DNA of 51,351 bases from an uncultured Gammaproteobacteria bacterium (GTDB lineage Bacteria > Patescibacteriota > Microgenomatia > UBA8517): positions 1 to 51,351 of the forward strand of contig CAZDKH010000012.1 in the NCBI GenBank assembly GCA_964506225.1, given 5' to 3'. Positions 1-12,810 of this stretch are shown in pieces. A program made the translations under genes and the position numbers. The notes beneath the pieces are model-generated. The model did not search any database, had not been told where the DNA came from, and worked only from the letters and a program-made list of their open reading frames with translations. The first letter of the stretch is position 1, and each line of letters begins with the position of its first letter.

Positions 1-301
1 GCTGCTCCCAGTCTTTTTTCTTGGTCCATCTGGCTTTTCTTTTGTAGGGTTTTAAGCCATTTGCCTTCATTACCCTTCTGGCTCTTTTCTTGTTGATCCC
101 AAGCTCCAGAGCTATTCTTCTGTGACCATAGGCAGGATTTAGCTCCATAACCTTGATAATTTGATCCTTTAGAAGCTCATCTTTGACTACCTGTCTGCTG
201 TTTTGGTTGTACAGGTTTCTTCTGGAGATGCCCAAAGTGGAGGAGATAAGGGATTTCTTGATCTTTTTTAGTTTGACTTGGACTCTCTCAACGACCTCTC
301 T
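1..301 (-). CDS. IS3 transposase OrfB, N-terminal part (partial, reached by -1 frameshift)
   Basis: -1 frame is open to the window edge: REVVERVQ...NPAYGHRRIALELGINKKRARRVMKANGL, matching the IS3 OrfB YGxRRI/NxKRxxRxM pattern; absent from the ORF track. Confidence 0.85.
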
Positions 302-549
302 TTTTTTTTTGACTTCTCAAGCTCAAGAGAAAGTAATCCAATTATTTCCTTGAGCTGTTGATTTTCCTTTTTGAGCCTGATATGCTCCATCCAACTTACC
401 TGTCTTGTGGCTTTCCCCCGGAGCCAGTTGTAAATAGTCTTGGTACTCACTCCATATTTCTCAGACAAAGAAGGCACGCTTTCACCAGCCTTAACTTTAG
501 ATATGATTTCCTCTTTGACTTCTTTTGATATTCCTGCCAACTTAATCAC
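268..549 (-). CDS. IS3 transposase OrfA (HTH)
   Basis: HTH-like 'LSEKYGVSTKTIYNW' followed by coiled coil 'LKKENQQLK'; A10G slippery run near the 3' end. Confidence 0.85.
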   Translation of the reverse strand: MIKLAGISKEVKEEIISKVKAGESVPSLSEKYGVSTKTIYNWLRGKATRQVSWMEHIRLKKENQQLKEIIGLLSLELEKSKKKERSLRESKSN

Positions 550-811
550 CCCCTAATCAGTAAGACTCATATTAGACTCTGTGTGCATTTTAAGGGGTAC
601 ATGTCCTATAGTATCAAAACTTGGGGAAGAAGAAGTGCCCGCGAAGCGGACAAAAGCTGGCAAAGCCTGCTAAATTGTGCGCAGAAAAAATATGCAAGGC
701 CATCAGGACGAGCCAGAAATGGTGCGGCTGTCTGTAGCGGGCGGCAGCCGCTCCGCTTTGAAATACGTTCGAATTTGAACATATACAGAGCACTTAGCCG
801 CATGGATAAAT

Positions 812-1663
812 TTAATTTTTAAGGTTGTGGCTTTTTGGGGAGACTACAAATGGAATTTCTTCCCAATCTCGAAACTTTCTGATTTTGAGGTTTTTAGCCC
901 ATACAGCATCTAGGATTTTTGTATCAACCCCCATTTTCTTTGCTAAAGCTCTCAGGGCCAACAGGTCCTTGGGAAAACATTTTCCCCCAAATCCCCTTGC
1001 CGACGTTATATCCAAATGCGAATCGTATATTCTTTTGTCTGCGGTGACCATTTTTTTAACTTCCTCATATTTTATTCCCAGTTTTTCGCAAATCTCAAAC
1101 ATTTCATTTGCAAATATTACTTTAGTTGCTAAAAAGCAGTTTGCCATGTATTTGACCATTTCTGCAGTTGTTGGGTCTGTTAAAAAAATTGGAATTTTTG
1201 GCATTGTACTTTGGTAGATTGAGGATACTCTCCTTAAAACCAAGTCATTTTCCGCTCCAATAATAATTCTGTCGCTATTGACAAAGTCCTGCAGAAAGGA
1301 CCTCTCTCTTAGAAATTCAGGATTAAAACAAAAAAGATTATCTTTATACTTTGTGATATAGCCCTTGGTGGTACCAGGGATGACTGTTGACTTGATGATA
1401 ATGATTTTATCCGATTTTCTGGCGATTCTGACAATTTTTGCAATTGCTTCATCTATAATGGATAAATCTATTCCAGACTCGTCTTTTTTAATTGGGGTGG
1501 GAAGGCAGACAAAGATATAATCCGACTTTTGCACAACCTCTTTCAAAGACTCTGAAGGTTTAAATTTATCATACACATGAATTTCTTCTTTTGAAAAACC
1601 ATACTCAACAGCCTGTCCAACTATGCCATAACCGATTATGCCGATTCTAAATTTTCTTCGCAT
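812..1663 (-). CDS. UDP-glucose/GDP-mannose dehydrogenase family protein, short form
   Basis: GxGxxG, KSTVxPGT, FNPEFLRE and catalytic GFGGKCFPKD motifs. Confidence 0.9.
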   Translation of the reverse strand: MRRKFRIGIIGYGIVGQAVEYGFSKEEIHVYDKFKPSESLKEVVQKSDYIFVCLPTPIKKDESGIDLSIIDEAIAKIVRIARKSDKIIIIKSTVIPGTTKGYITKYKDNLFCFNPEFLRERSFLQDFVNSDRIIIGAENDLVLRRVSSIYQSTMPKIPIFLTDPTTAEMVKYMANCFLATKVIFANEMFEICEKLGIKYEEVKKMVTADKRIYDSHLDITSARGFGGKCFPKDLLALRALAKKMGVDTKILDAVWAKNLKIRKFRDWEEIPFVVSPKSHNLKN

Positions 1664-2230
1664 TTAATCAAAAATTGGCAAATTACCTAAGCTGATTGCG
1701 TTTTTCCATTTCTTGGGATGGTTGCCTTCCGTAAAGACACATGCCGTTAAAATTACTTTTCCTCCTGCTTTTTTAACGAGAGTCTTAAGGCCACTGATAG
1801 TTGATCCTGTTGAGACAACATCATCAACAAGGACTACGTTTTTGTTTTTGATAAGCTTTAAATCTTTGCCGTCCAGCCAAAGGGTTTGTGGTTTCCCTGT
1901 TGTTATCGACAAAACTTCGTACTTGAGAGCTCCTTTCATGTAGGGCTTTTTAATTTTTCTTGCAACCACATAGGGTATCTTAAGAATTCTTGAGAGTTCG
2001 TAGGCCAAGGGTATACTTTTGACTTCCGGAGTAACAAGAAGATTTGTATTTTTTGGTATTCTTTTCGCTAAATGAGCGGCAGCCCGTTCAACTATCTCCG
2101 TGTCCCCAAGGATATTAAAAATTGCAATTTTGAGGTTATCATTAACCTTAAAAATCGGCAAATCCCTTTTTAGTCCACAGATGTCCACTCTGTAAAACTT
2201 TTTACCCATTTTTTTGATTAATTTACCCAT
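1664..2230 (-). CDS. Type I phosphoribosyltransferase, adenine PRT-like
   Basis: PRPP-binding VLVDDVVSTGST; ARK motif; directly follows mtnP. Confidence 0.85.
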   Translation of the reverse strand: MGKLIKKMGKKFYRVDICGLKRDLPIFKVNDNLKIAIFNILGDTEIVERAAAHLAKRIPKNTNLLVTPEVKSIPLAYELSRILKIPYVVARKIKKPYMKGALKYEVLSITTGKPQTLWLDGKDLKLIKNKNVVLVDDVVSTGSTISGLKTLVKKAGGKVILTACVFTEGNHPKKWKNAISLGNLPIFD

Positions 2231-3052
2231 TTATTCAAGACGTGCGCTTTTTAGAGCACTTCTGCATTCACAATCGTTACTTTTATCAGGCCATTGCCTT
2301 AACATTTTAACCAAAAGCTTTTTAGCCTTTGTTATATTAGAATTAAAATTTTTAACTACTTCCTCAACTGTCACAGGCTTTATTTTAGTCCCGCCGGCAA
2401 CCCCGGCATCGTAATCTGTTACAAGGGCGATTGCACAGTAACAGATTTCAAGTTCACGGGCTAAAATTACCTCTGGATATTGAGTCATGTTCACAATGTC
2501 CCAGCCCATTTTTGAAAACCATTTGCTTTCGGCGCAGGAAGAGAATCTGGGGCCGTTGATTACGACAGAAGTACCCTTTTTGTGTATCGGAAAATTCATT
2601 TTTTTGGCAATTTTATAAACAAATTTTGACAATCTGGGGCAGTAAGGATAAGCTGCTGAAATATGGGTGACTAGAGGCCCTTGGTAGTAAGAGTCGGCTC
2701 GCCCGCTGGTTCTGTCTATAAACTGGTCAATAATCACAAAATCTCCTCTTTTAATTCTTTTTTGCAAAGAACCGCAAGCAGTGGTTGCGATGATTTCTTT
2801 TACTCCAAGCGATTTTAGCGCCCAAATATTTGCCCTGTAGTTAATTAAATGTGGAGGAATGTTGTGAGATTTATTATGGCGGGGAAGAAAGGCTACTTTT
2901 TTTCCCGATACGCTACCAATAGCAATTTTATCAGAGGGTGGACCAAAGGGGGTATCAATTTTTACTTCCACCAGATTTTCTGATAAATCGTAAAATCCTG
3001 ATCCACCGATGATAGCTATATCAGCCTGTTTTCTCACAGAATTATTATACAT
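2231..3052 (-). CDS. mtnP: S-methyl-5'-thioadenosine phosphorylase (true start may be GTG at 3037)
   Basis: IIGGSG, TPFG, LPRH, NYRANI, GPRF, NMT and VTDYD motifs. Confidence 0.92.
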   Translation of the reverse strand: MYNNSVRKQADIAIIGGSGFYDLSENLVEVKIDTPFGPPSDKIAIGSVSGKKVAFLPRHNKSHNIPPHLINYRANIWALKSLGVKEIIATTACGSLQKRIKRGDFVIIDQFIDRTSGRADSYYQGPLVTHISAAYPYCPRLSKFVYKIAKKMNFPIHKKGTSVVINGPRFSSCAESKWFSKMGWDIVNMTQYPEVILARELEICYCAIALVTDYDAGVAGGTKIKPVTVEEVVKNFNSNITKAKKLLVKMLRQWPDKSNDCECRSALKSARLE

Positions 3053-3065
3053 CTACATCTAGTGG

Positions 3066-3094
3066 TTGACTAAGAAGATTTTTTGTTTCAAGAT
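3066..3094 (+). promoter_or_regulatory. sigma70-type promoter for the riboswitch transcript
   Basis: TTGACT-17 nt-CAAGAT; predicted start near 3101 coincides with the aptamer 5' end. Confidence 0.5.
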
Positions 3095-3100
3095 TTGGGT

Positions 3101-3194
3101 TAGGTTGTGTTTAAGGAACACCGGTTGAATTCCGGGGCTGTGCCGCAACTGTAGAAGCCAGAAAACTAGCAGCCTTTAGTCCCGAGCAGGAAAT
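3101..3194 (+). promoter_or_regulatory. Compact cobalamin riboswitch with translational platform
   Basis: AAGGAA-CCGG(TTGAATT)CCGG-GCTGTGCCGCAACTGTA-GAAGCCAGA core; closing helix AGGTTG/CAGCCT; 3' hairpin TCC-CGAGCA-GGA just before the ATG. Confidence 0.85.
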
Positions 3195-3999
3195 ATGTCG
3201 TCGCATCCAGAAAGTCCTTATTTTACTACATTACGGTTTGTTGAAAGCTGGAGACAAGACCAGACTCGTCTTAAAGCTGAGCTTACTTCGTTGAATAAAG
3301 AGACCCACAGAATACCAGATGTTTACCATTTTCAAGTTGACGAAACTCTCATAGATCCGGAAACTGAAAGACCTATCTTTGATTTCATTGCCCCAGGTAT
3401 TGAATATGATATAGCAAAAAGACTAGAGAAGTGGGCCTTAGAAAATGATGAAGGAGTAGCTTTTTGGGTGAGTCCACGTCTTGAGGGCATTTATCCCTGT
3501 AACAAAATAATCATTCACACTATTTGTTATACCTTGGAAGGGAAGAAGGTTATTTTAAATAGTGCAATCTTGTTTGATGGGGAGTTGAGTAATCCGGAGG
3601 AACTAAGGAGAACTCTTTTTTTTGCACCTGACAACGATGAAACATTCTTAAGAATTCTTAATTGGATAGAAAATATATCCCACCAGAAGATTCAAAATAG
3701 ACATGGTAGACATGATTATAGAAGCGTTAGAGAACAGGCTAACTATTTTGCGAATCTAATTAGAACTGGCTATCCTGCTGACTTGGTTGTTTATGAAATG
3801 CAAAAAAGTGGCTTTCTTGGCCCAAACCCAGTCAGTTGTCCTTCTTTTTCCGGATTTTTGGGTTTTCGCTCAAAAATTCACATTTTTGAGGGCAAAAGAA
3901 TTCTTTGTTGCAGGTGTCCATTTTGCGGCAGGGAGGTGGCTGCAGAAATCTATGAGGGCAAAATTCACTGTCCCAATTGCGGACGTTCAAAACCATATG

Positions 4000-4007
<8 letters not shown>
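3195..4007 (+). CDS. Hypothetical soluble protein with C-terminal zinc ribbon
   Basis: 270-aa ORF with CPFC...CPNC at the C-terminus; no family recognised. Confidence 0.75.
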
Positions 4008-6622
<2,615 letters not shown>

Positions 6623-6645
<23 letters not shown>

Positions 6646-8317
6646 TTTCTTTAAGAATACCCTGCCTTTCTTTAAAACTTTTGATGAAGTTGGTAACTAC
6701 CTCTGTGAGTTTTTGCCAAGTCTCCTCATTTATATCTTTTGACTCGGCTATTTTTGTAAATAACTTTTTCTCTTTTTCTTTTATGAAACCAAGAAATTCT
6801 TTTTCTGCCCTTTGCACCAGTTCAAGAGGTATCTCATCAAGTGCACCAGATACTCCCAGAAAAATTGCCAAAACCTCATCAATTACATGCATTGGTTCAT
6901 ATTGGGGTTGCTTTAAGAGTTCTACTATTCTTTTTCCCCTTTCGATTTTTTGCTTTGTGACTGGATCAAGATCGGTTGTAAATTGCGCGAAGGTTGCCAG
7001 TTCCCAGTATTGTGAAAGATCAAGTCTAAGTCTGCCTGCCACTTTTTTCATTGCAGGTAACTGGGCCTTACCCCCGACACGCGAGACAGAAAGACCCACG
7101 TTTAATGCGGGTCTTATTCCTGAAAAGAATAAATCGCTTTCTAAATAGATTTGTCCATCGGTAATTGAAATAACGTTTGTCGGAATATAAGAGGAGACAT
7201 CACCTGATAATGTCTCAACTATTGGCAGAGCTGTTAGGGATCCGCCACCTTTTTCTTTGGCTAACTTGCACGCACGTTCTAAAAGCTTTGAATGAAGATA
7301 AAATATATCCCCCGGGTAAGCTTCTCTGCCCGATGGCCTTTTTAAAAGAAGAGAAATTTCACGATAAGCCCATGCATGTTTTGTGAGATCATCATAAATT
7401 ACCAGAACATCTTTCCCTTTTTCCATAAAATATTCTCCTATAGCTGTTGCAGAGTAGGGAGCCAGATATCTTAAACTTGCAGGATCTGAAGCTGAAGCCA
7501 CGACAACAACAGAGTTTTTTAGGACATCATACTCTTTTAACTTATTGATAACATGGGCAATTTTTGCTCTTTTCTGGCCTATAGCTACATAAATACAGAT
7601 AACCCCGCTGTCTTTTTGATTAATGATAGTATCAAGAGCAATGGCAGTTTTTCCAGTACTCCTGTCTCCTATAATAAGTTCCCTTTGACCTCGGCCTATG
7701 GGAATCATCGAATCAATAGCCTTGATTCCTGTTTGCAAAGGAACGCTGACTGGCTCCCTTTCTATAATCGATGGGGCAATTTTCTCAACAGGCATTAGTT
7801 TATCGGCTACTAAGGCCTCTTTTTCATCAAGGGGTGTACCCAAGGGGTCGATAATTCTTCCCAGAACTTTATCACTGACTCCGATTGATAAGATTTCGCC
7901 TGTTGAGATGGCCGTGTCTCCTTTGCGGAGAGTTTCAGACTTTCCCAAAATAATTGTTCCGAGTTTATCTTTTTCAAGGTTTAAAACAAGTCCATAAGTT
8001 TCATTGGAGAATTTGATAATCTCCCCATACATGGCGCCATCTAGACCATCTAGCCAAGCCACAGAGTCTCCGACGCTTATAATTCTGCCCTCATCAACCA
8101 GTTGTCTTTTTTGTCCTTCAAGTTCACCTGAAAGAGATAAATCCAAAGTTTTTGAGCCAATCTGAATTTTTAGTCCTCCCAAAAGACTGGGGTCCACTTT
8201 ATACTCTAAAACAAAGCTTTTACCTCCCAGAAAGGTGGCAATACTTTTTTTTACCCTTAGTCTTTCCTGAGAAGAAAGATTGGTGGCAGTAGTGACTAAA
8301 ACCTTACTTTTTCTCAT
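6623..8317 (-). CDS. atpA: F1 alpha subunit with N-terminal fused delta (OSCP) C-terminal domain
   Basis: GDRSTGKT and REAYPGD; first ~68 aa contain VDPSLLGGLKIQIGSKTLDLS, the delta signature. Confidence 0.95.
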
Positions 8318-8816
8318 TATTAAGCCTTAGTTGTTTTAAGCTTGCAATTGATGTATCGATTATTCTTTTTTGAATGTTTTTGGCCAGGTTTTTCTCTAGT
8401 ATCTTTCTTATCACTTCTTTTGCAATTTCATAAGCTTTTTTCTCAATTTCATTTTGTATGTTTTCTTTTTCTCTTTTTATCTCGTCTTGGGCGCTAGCAA
8501 TTATATTTCTGGCTTCATTTTCAGCTCTTTTTAGAATTTTTTTCCTTTCTTCCTCAGCCTCAGCTTTGGTTTTTTCCAAAAGTTCTTGGGATTTAAAACT
8601 TGCTTCTTCTAAAATTTGTTTTCTTGTTTTTTCAAGCTCCTCTTTTTGTTTTGCCAAAATCTCACGATCCTTTTCAATGTCCTCAATTTTTTGGCGCTTT
8701 TCTTTAATAGCGTTAATAATGGGTTTGTATAAGAACTTTTTAAGCAAAAAAACCAAAATACCAAAGTTTATTAACTGCACCAAAATTAAAGATGGATTTA
8801 TTCCTAATTTTTCCAT
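8304..8816 (-). CDS. atpF: Fo subunit b
   Basis: QLINFGILVFLLKKFLYKP membrane segment followed by charged coiled coil. Confidence 0.95.
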   Translation of the reverse strand: MEKLGINPSLILVQLINFGILVFLLKKFLYKPIINAIKEKRQKIEDIEKDREILAKQKEELEKTRKQILEEASFKSQELLEKTKAEAEEERKKILKRAENEARNIIASAQDEIKREKENIQNEIEKKAYEIAKEVIRKILEKNLAKNIQKRIIDTSIASLKQLRLNNEKK

Positions 8817-8824
8817 AGTTTTTA

Positions 8825-9049
<225 letters not shown>

Positions 9050-9793
9050 TTACGAAGTCACCTCCTTTTTGTCGTGTTTTTCTGTTGCCACAACTATAAA
9101 AATAAGTGTCAACATGGTAAACACTAAAGCTTGGATAAAACCCACAAAAATTTCAAGTATCAAAAATGGAATTGGAATAAAAACGGGAACCAGAAAAACC
9201 ATTACAGAAAGAAGTACCTCGCCCGCAAAAATATTACCAAATAGACGAAACGAAAAAGAGAGAGTTTTTGAGACTTCCGAGACAGCTTCCAAAAGACCAA
9301 CAAAAAAATTTATTGGATTTTTAATATTTATGAATTTTGACAAATAGCCTTTTAATCCGAGAAATTTAATCGAGTAGTATTGGGTAATCCCAACTGAGAA
9401 GAGAGCCAAAGATATGGTGGTATTTAAGTCAGCGTTTGGTCCTCGGAAAAGAGGCACCAAGACTTTTTCATGACCGATATTCTCCCAAATTCCAACCGAT
9501 CCGACCCCGGGTAAAAGACCAATCCAGTTACCAAGTATTATAAAAAGAAAAAAAGTAAAAAGAAAAGGAAAAAACCTGTCAGTGTTTTCACCTGCGATGG
9601 AATAGACAAGATTGTAAAATCCTTCAACTATGGTCTCAATGACGATGGGTATTTTTTTCCTCTTATTGATAAAAATTCCCAAAAAAAGGAGGATAAAACT
9701 GACAACAAAACCAGTCAGTAGGGAATTGGTTATCGGGACTGGACCAATGGAGGTTAAGGTTTCGGCAGCCACAGAAATATGTAGTTTGCTCAT
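9050..9793 (-). CDS. atpB: Fo subunit a
   Basis: SFRLFGNIFAGE and IQALVF. Confidence 0.97.
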   Translation of the reverse strand: MSKLHISVAAETLTSIGPVPITNSLLTGFVVSFILLFLGIFINKRKKIPIVIETIVEGFYNLVYSIAGENTDRFFPFLFTFFLFIILGNWIGLLPGVGSVGIWENIGHEKVLVPLFRGPNADLNTTISLALFSVGITQYYSIKFLGLKGYLSKFINIKNPINFFVGLLEAVSEVSKTLSFSFRLFGNIFAGEVLLSVMVFLVPVFIPIPFLILEIFVGFIQALVFTMLTLIFIVVATEKHDKKEVTS

Positions 9794-10020
9794 TTTTTGC
9801 TTCTTAATCTCCTTTCAGTTTTTATCCCCTGATAAATTGCAAAAAAGACACCCCCAACTATTCCAAGAATGATAAATAAAGGTTTGGTATTAAAATTCTT
9901 ATCAAGAAAAACCCCTAAAATTAAAAGTACTATGGGGAAAAACACAAGGGAAAATACAATATTTGTGGCTTCACTAAAGGCTTTGACAAGCTCGGCAAAA
10001 CTATCTGTTTTTTTGCTCAT
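9790..10020 (-). CDS. AtpZ/AtpI-family small membrane protein
   Basis: Two TM helices with GxxLDxxFxTxP; first gene of the atp operon. Confidence 0.8.
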   Translation of the reverse strand: MSKKTDSFAELVKAFSEATNIVFSLVFFPIVLLILGVFLDKNFNTKPLFIILGIVGGVFFAIYQGIKTERRLRSKK

Positions 10021-10058
10021 AAAAATTCCTCAATAAAAAAAAGAAGGTGGATTAATAG

Positions 10059-10087
10059 ATTTTATCCTCTTGCTTGAGTTTGGTCAA
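10059..10087 (-). promoter_or_regulatory. atp operon promoter
   Basis: TTGACC-17 nt-TAAAAT on the minus strand. Confidence 0.65.
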
Positions 10088-10123
10088 TAAGTTTGATATG
10101 GGTATTAATAAACGGAAAGAGTA

Positions 10124-10153
10124 TTGACAAAAAAGCACAAATGAGTTTAAAAT
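10124..10153 (+). promoter_or_regulatory. greA promoter
   Basis: TTGACA-18 nt-TAAAAT. Confidence 0.65.
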
Positions 10154-10258
10154 ACACATGCTTTGAAAAGCTATTAACTTATGGCATTTGATTTCCCTCT
10201 TATCTGTCTTTCTGAGCTTTGCATTGTCAAGATCAGTTAAGACGTGGGAGAGAAGGCT

Positions 10259-10288
10259 AAAAACTCTCCCCTTTAAGAGGGTTTTTTT
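10259..10288 (+). terminator. Intrinsic terminator/attenuator in the greA leader
   Basis: AAAAACTCTC/GAGGGTTTTT stem with T7 run, 9 nt before the greA ATG. Confidence 0.6.
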
Positions 10289-10297
10289 ATTGAAAAT

Positions 10298-10771
10298 ATG
10301 AACTTAATTCAAAGTAAAAAGGTACAAATATCCAAAGAAGGACTTGAGGCTCTTGAGAAAGAGCTTAGGGTTCTGGTGGATGAAAAAAGGCCTAAGTTAG
10401 TTGAGCGTCTTGAGCACGCCAGAAACCAGGGTGATTTGGCTGAAAACAGTGACTACACTGCTGCCCGAGATGAGCTGGAATTTTTAGACGGTAGGATTTC
10501 TGAGCTGGAAGAGGTTATAGATAACGCTGTAGTGGTTAATGGAAAGTCGGGAACTTCAACAGTAGCCTTTGGGACAAAAGTAACTCTTGCTGTTGATAAA
10601 AATGAAATAGTTTATGAAATAGTTGGAGCTTGGGAAGCAGATCCTCTTAAAAAAAGGATTTCTCATGAGTCGCCTTTGGGTCAGGCGCTTCTTGGCAAAA
10701 AGGTTGGGGATAAAGTAGAGATAGAAGCTCCGGCCGGCAAGATTGTCTACACTATAGTCAAGATAGACTGA
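10298..10771 (+). CDS. greA: Transcription elongation factor GreA
   Basis: GDLAENSDY and ISHESPLGQALLG. Confidence 0.97.
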   Translation: MNLIQSKKVQISKEGLEALEKELRVLVDEKRPKLVERLEHARNQGDLAENSDYTAARDELEFLDGRISELEEVIDNAVVVNGKSGTSTVAFGTKVTLAVDKNEIVYEIVGAWEADPLKKRISHESPLGQALLGKKVGDKVEIEAPAGKIVYTIVKID

Positions 10772-10797
10772 AATCTGCTAAACTTGGGATAAAATAA

Positions 10798-12258
10798 ATG
10801 GCAGGGGAAACTCTTGAGAAAATACGTGCTGATAGAATTAAAAAACTTGAGGAACTTCGCAAAAGGGGTATAAATCCTTATCCTTCAAAGCTTATTCAGA
10901 AAAATCAAAAAATTTCTGATATTCGTAAAAAAAGGGGCGATAATGTGACAGCGGCTGGAAGAATATGGGGTTGGCGAGAACATGGGGGAAGTATCTTTGC
11001 GGATTTAAAAGATGAAAGCGGTAAAATTCAAATCTTTTTCCAAAAGAAAAATTTAGCCAAAAGCTTTGAAAACCTGAAATTTTTGGATATTGGTGATTTT
11101 ATTTTGGTTTCTGGTAAGTGTTTTAAGACAGCCGCCGGAGAGTTGACTATTGATGTTGTTGAATTCCAGCTTTTAAGCAAAGCTCTACGCCCTCTTCCTT
11201 CTTCTTGGTATGGACTTCGTGATATTGAAGAGCGTTATAGGAAGCGTTACTTGGATTTACTAATAAATCCCGAAGCGAGAGGGGTTTTTGAAACCCGCAG
11301 AGATATAGTAAAGCTTCTCAGAAAATATCTTGATGATCACGGATTTTTGGAAGTGACTACCCCGGCACTTCAACCAATTTATGGAGGAGCAACAGCAAAG
11401 CCTTTTGTAACCCACCATAATGCCTTGAATATAGATCTTTACCTAAGGATTGCTGACGAGCTTTATCTAAAAAGGCTGATTGTGGGAGGATTTGAGAAAG
11501 TTTATGAGATAGCGGTTGATTTTCGCAATGAAGGAATTGACCGTTGGCACAACCCCGAGTTTGAGATGCTTGAGTTTTACTGGGCATATGCAAATTATCA
11601 GGATCTTATGGAAATGACCGAAGAAATGCTTTCTGAGATTGTTAAAAAAATTAAAGGTAGTTTCGAGGTTGAGTATAAAGGGAGAAAAGTAAGCTTTAAA
11701 CCTCCATGGAAACGTATTACTTTTAGAGATGCTATCCGTGCCGAAACCGGGCTAGATATTAACCAAATTACCTCTTTTGAGGCTCTTAACTCAGAGGCGA
11801 AAAAGAAAGATCTTAGTTTTGAAACAAAAGATGTTAGGGATTTAGCAACCGGTTTTGATGCACTTTACAAAACTTATGTCAGGCCAAATATTTTAGATGC
11901 GACTTTTATTATCGATAATCCTTACATAATGCGTCCCTTGGCAAAAAGAAAAGAAGAAGATCCAACTAAGGTTGAAAGTATTCAGTTGGTTGCGTCTGGT
12001 ATAGAGCTTGTCAACGCCTATACAGAACTTAACGACCCGGCTGATCAGCGGGAGCGCTGGCAGGAAGAAATGAAAAGAGCTAAAAAAGGTGCTGCCGAGT
12101 ATCAGGTTATAGATGAAGATTATATTGAGGCTTTGGAATATGGTATGCCCCCGACTGCGGGTTGGGGGATGGGTATTGAACGCTTGACAGTTATTCTAAC
12201 CAACCAGCAGACAGTTAAAGATACTATTCTTTTCCCGACCCTAAGACCGTCCGGCTAG
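10798..12258 (+). CDS. lysS: Lysyl-tRNA synthetase, class II
   Basis: YGGATAKPF, FRNEG, HNPEF, YGMPPTAGWGMGIER. Confidence 0.98.
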   Translation: MAGETLEKIRADRIKKLEELRKRGINPYPSKLIQKNQKISDIRKKRGDNVTAAGRIWGWREHGGSIFADLKDESGKIQIFFQKKNLAKSFENLKFLDIGDFILVSGKCFKTAAGELTIDVVEFQLLSKALRPLPSSWYGLRDIEERYRKRYLDLLINPEARGVFETRRDIVKLLRKYLDDHGFLEVTTPALQPIYGGATAKPFVTHHNALNIDLYLRIADELYLKRLIVGGFEKVYEIAVDFRNEGIDRWHNPEFEMLEFYWAYANYQDLMEMTEEMLSEIVKKIKGSFEVEYKGRKVSFKPPWKRITFRDAIRAETGLDINQITSFEALNSEAKKKDLSFETKDVRDLATGFDALYKTYVRPNILDATFIIDNPYIMRPLAKRKEEDPTKVESIQLVASGIELVNAYTELNDPADQRERWQEEMKRAKKGAAEYQVIDEDYIEALEYGMPPTAGWGMGIERLTVILTNQQTVKDTILFPTLRPSG

Positions 12259-12810
12259 CTTTTCTAATTCCCTGAAAAAAGGCTCAAGACTGCTTTTTTC
12301 GAGATATTTTTTGGCGTTTTCCCAGAACTCCTCGAATACTTCTCGAGGATAACCCTTTTTTTGATAGTCGTAGGCTTGTAAAACCATTTCAAGTTTATCC
12401 ACCAGCTTTAAGAATTTTGCTTCAGGAGTCTTTTGGTCATTAAACTCTTTTAAAAGATTTAAGTATCTGTTTTTATGAGGAATGTTTTTGAATAATTTTT
12501 CTAGCGTCTTTATTTCATCCTTGTGTTTAATGTTCTGCGAACCTATTATCCTTCTGCCTGATTCCCACTTAACATCACCAATACCAATTTCTCCAAGATC
12601 GTGTATTGTGTTCATTTCTAATAACTTTCTTTTGTCAAGCTTTTTATTGTTGTTTGCCAAAAACATGATAATAAGTCCCATCCTCCAAGTGTGTTCTGCA
12701 ACGGATTCTGGATTTTTTATCCCTTTTAGTATCCAGCCCGTCCTTTTAACTTCTTTTAGAAGGCCGGCTTTAGTTAACACTTTTATAATTTCTTGAATAT
12801 TTGTTCTCAT
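12241..12810 (-). CDS. HD-domain hydrolase, YfbR/HDDC2-like 5'-deoxynucleotidase
   Basis: KRTGW, ESVAEH, IHDLGE, DKLE. Confidence 0.88.
   Translation of the reverse strand: MRTNIQEIIKVLTKAGLLKEVKRTGWILKGIKNPESVAEHTWRMGLIIMFLANNNKKLDKRKLLEMNTIHDLGEIGIGDVKWESGRRIIGSQNIKHKDEIKTLEKLFKNIPHKNRYLNLLKEFNDQKTPEAKFLKLVDKLEMVLQAYDYQKKGYPREVFEEFWENAKKYLEKSSLEPFFRELEKLAGRS

Larger units (their letters stand above)
1..601 (-). mobile_element. IS3-family insertion sequence, left end only (runs off the window start)
   Basis: Minus strand begins TGTACCCCTTAAAATGCACAC at 601 (TG terminus typical of IS3), followed by an orfA HTH and an orfB in the -1 frame. Confidence 0.88.

Noticed and set aside
583-822. ORFs 583-822 (+) and 606-803 (-)
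   Set aside because: No recognisable motifs and atypical composition; the plus ORF starts inside the IS terminus
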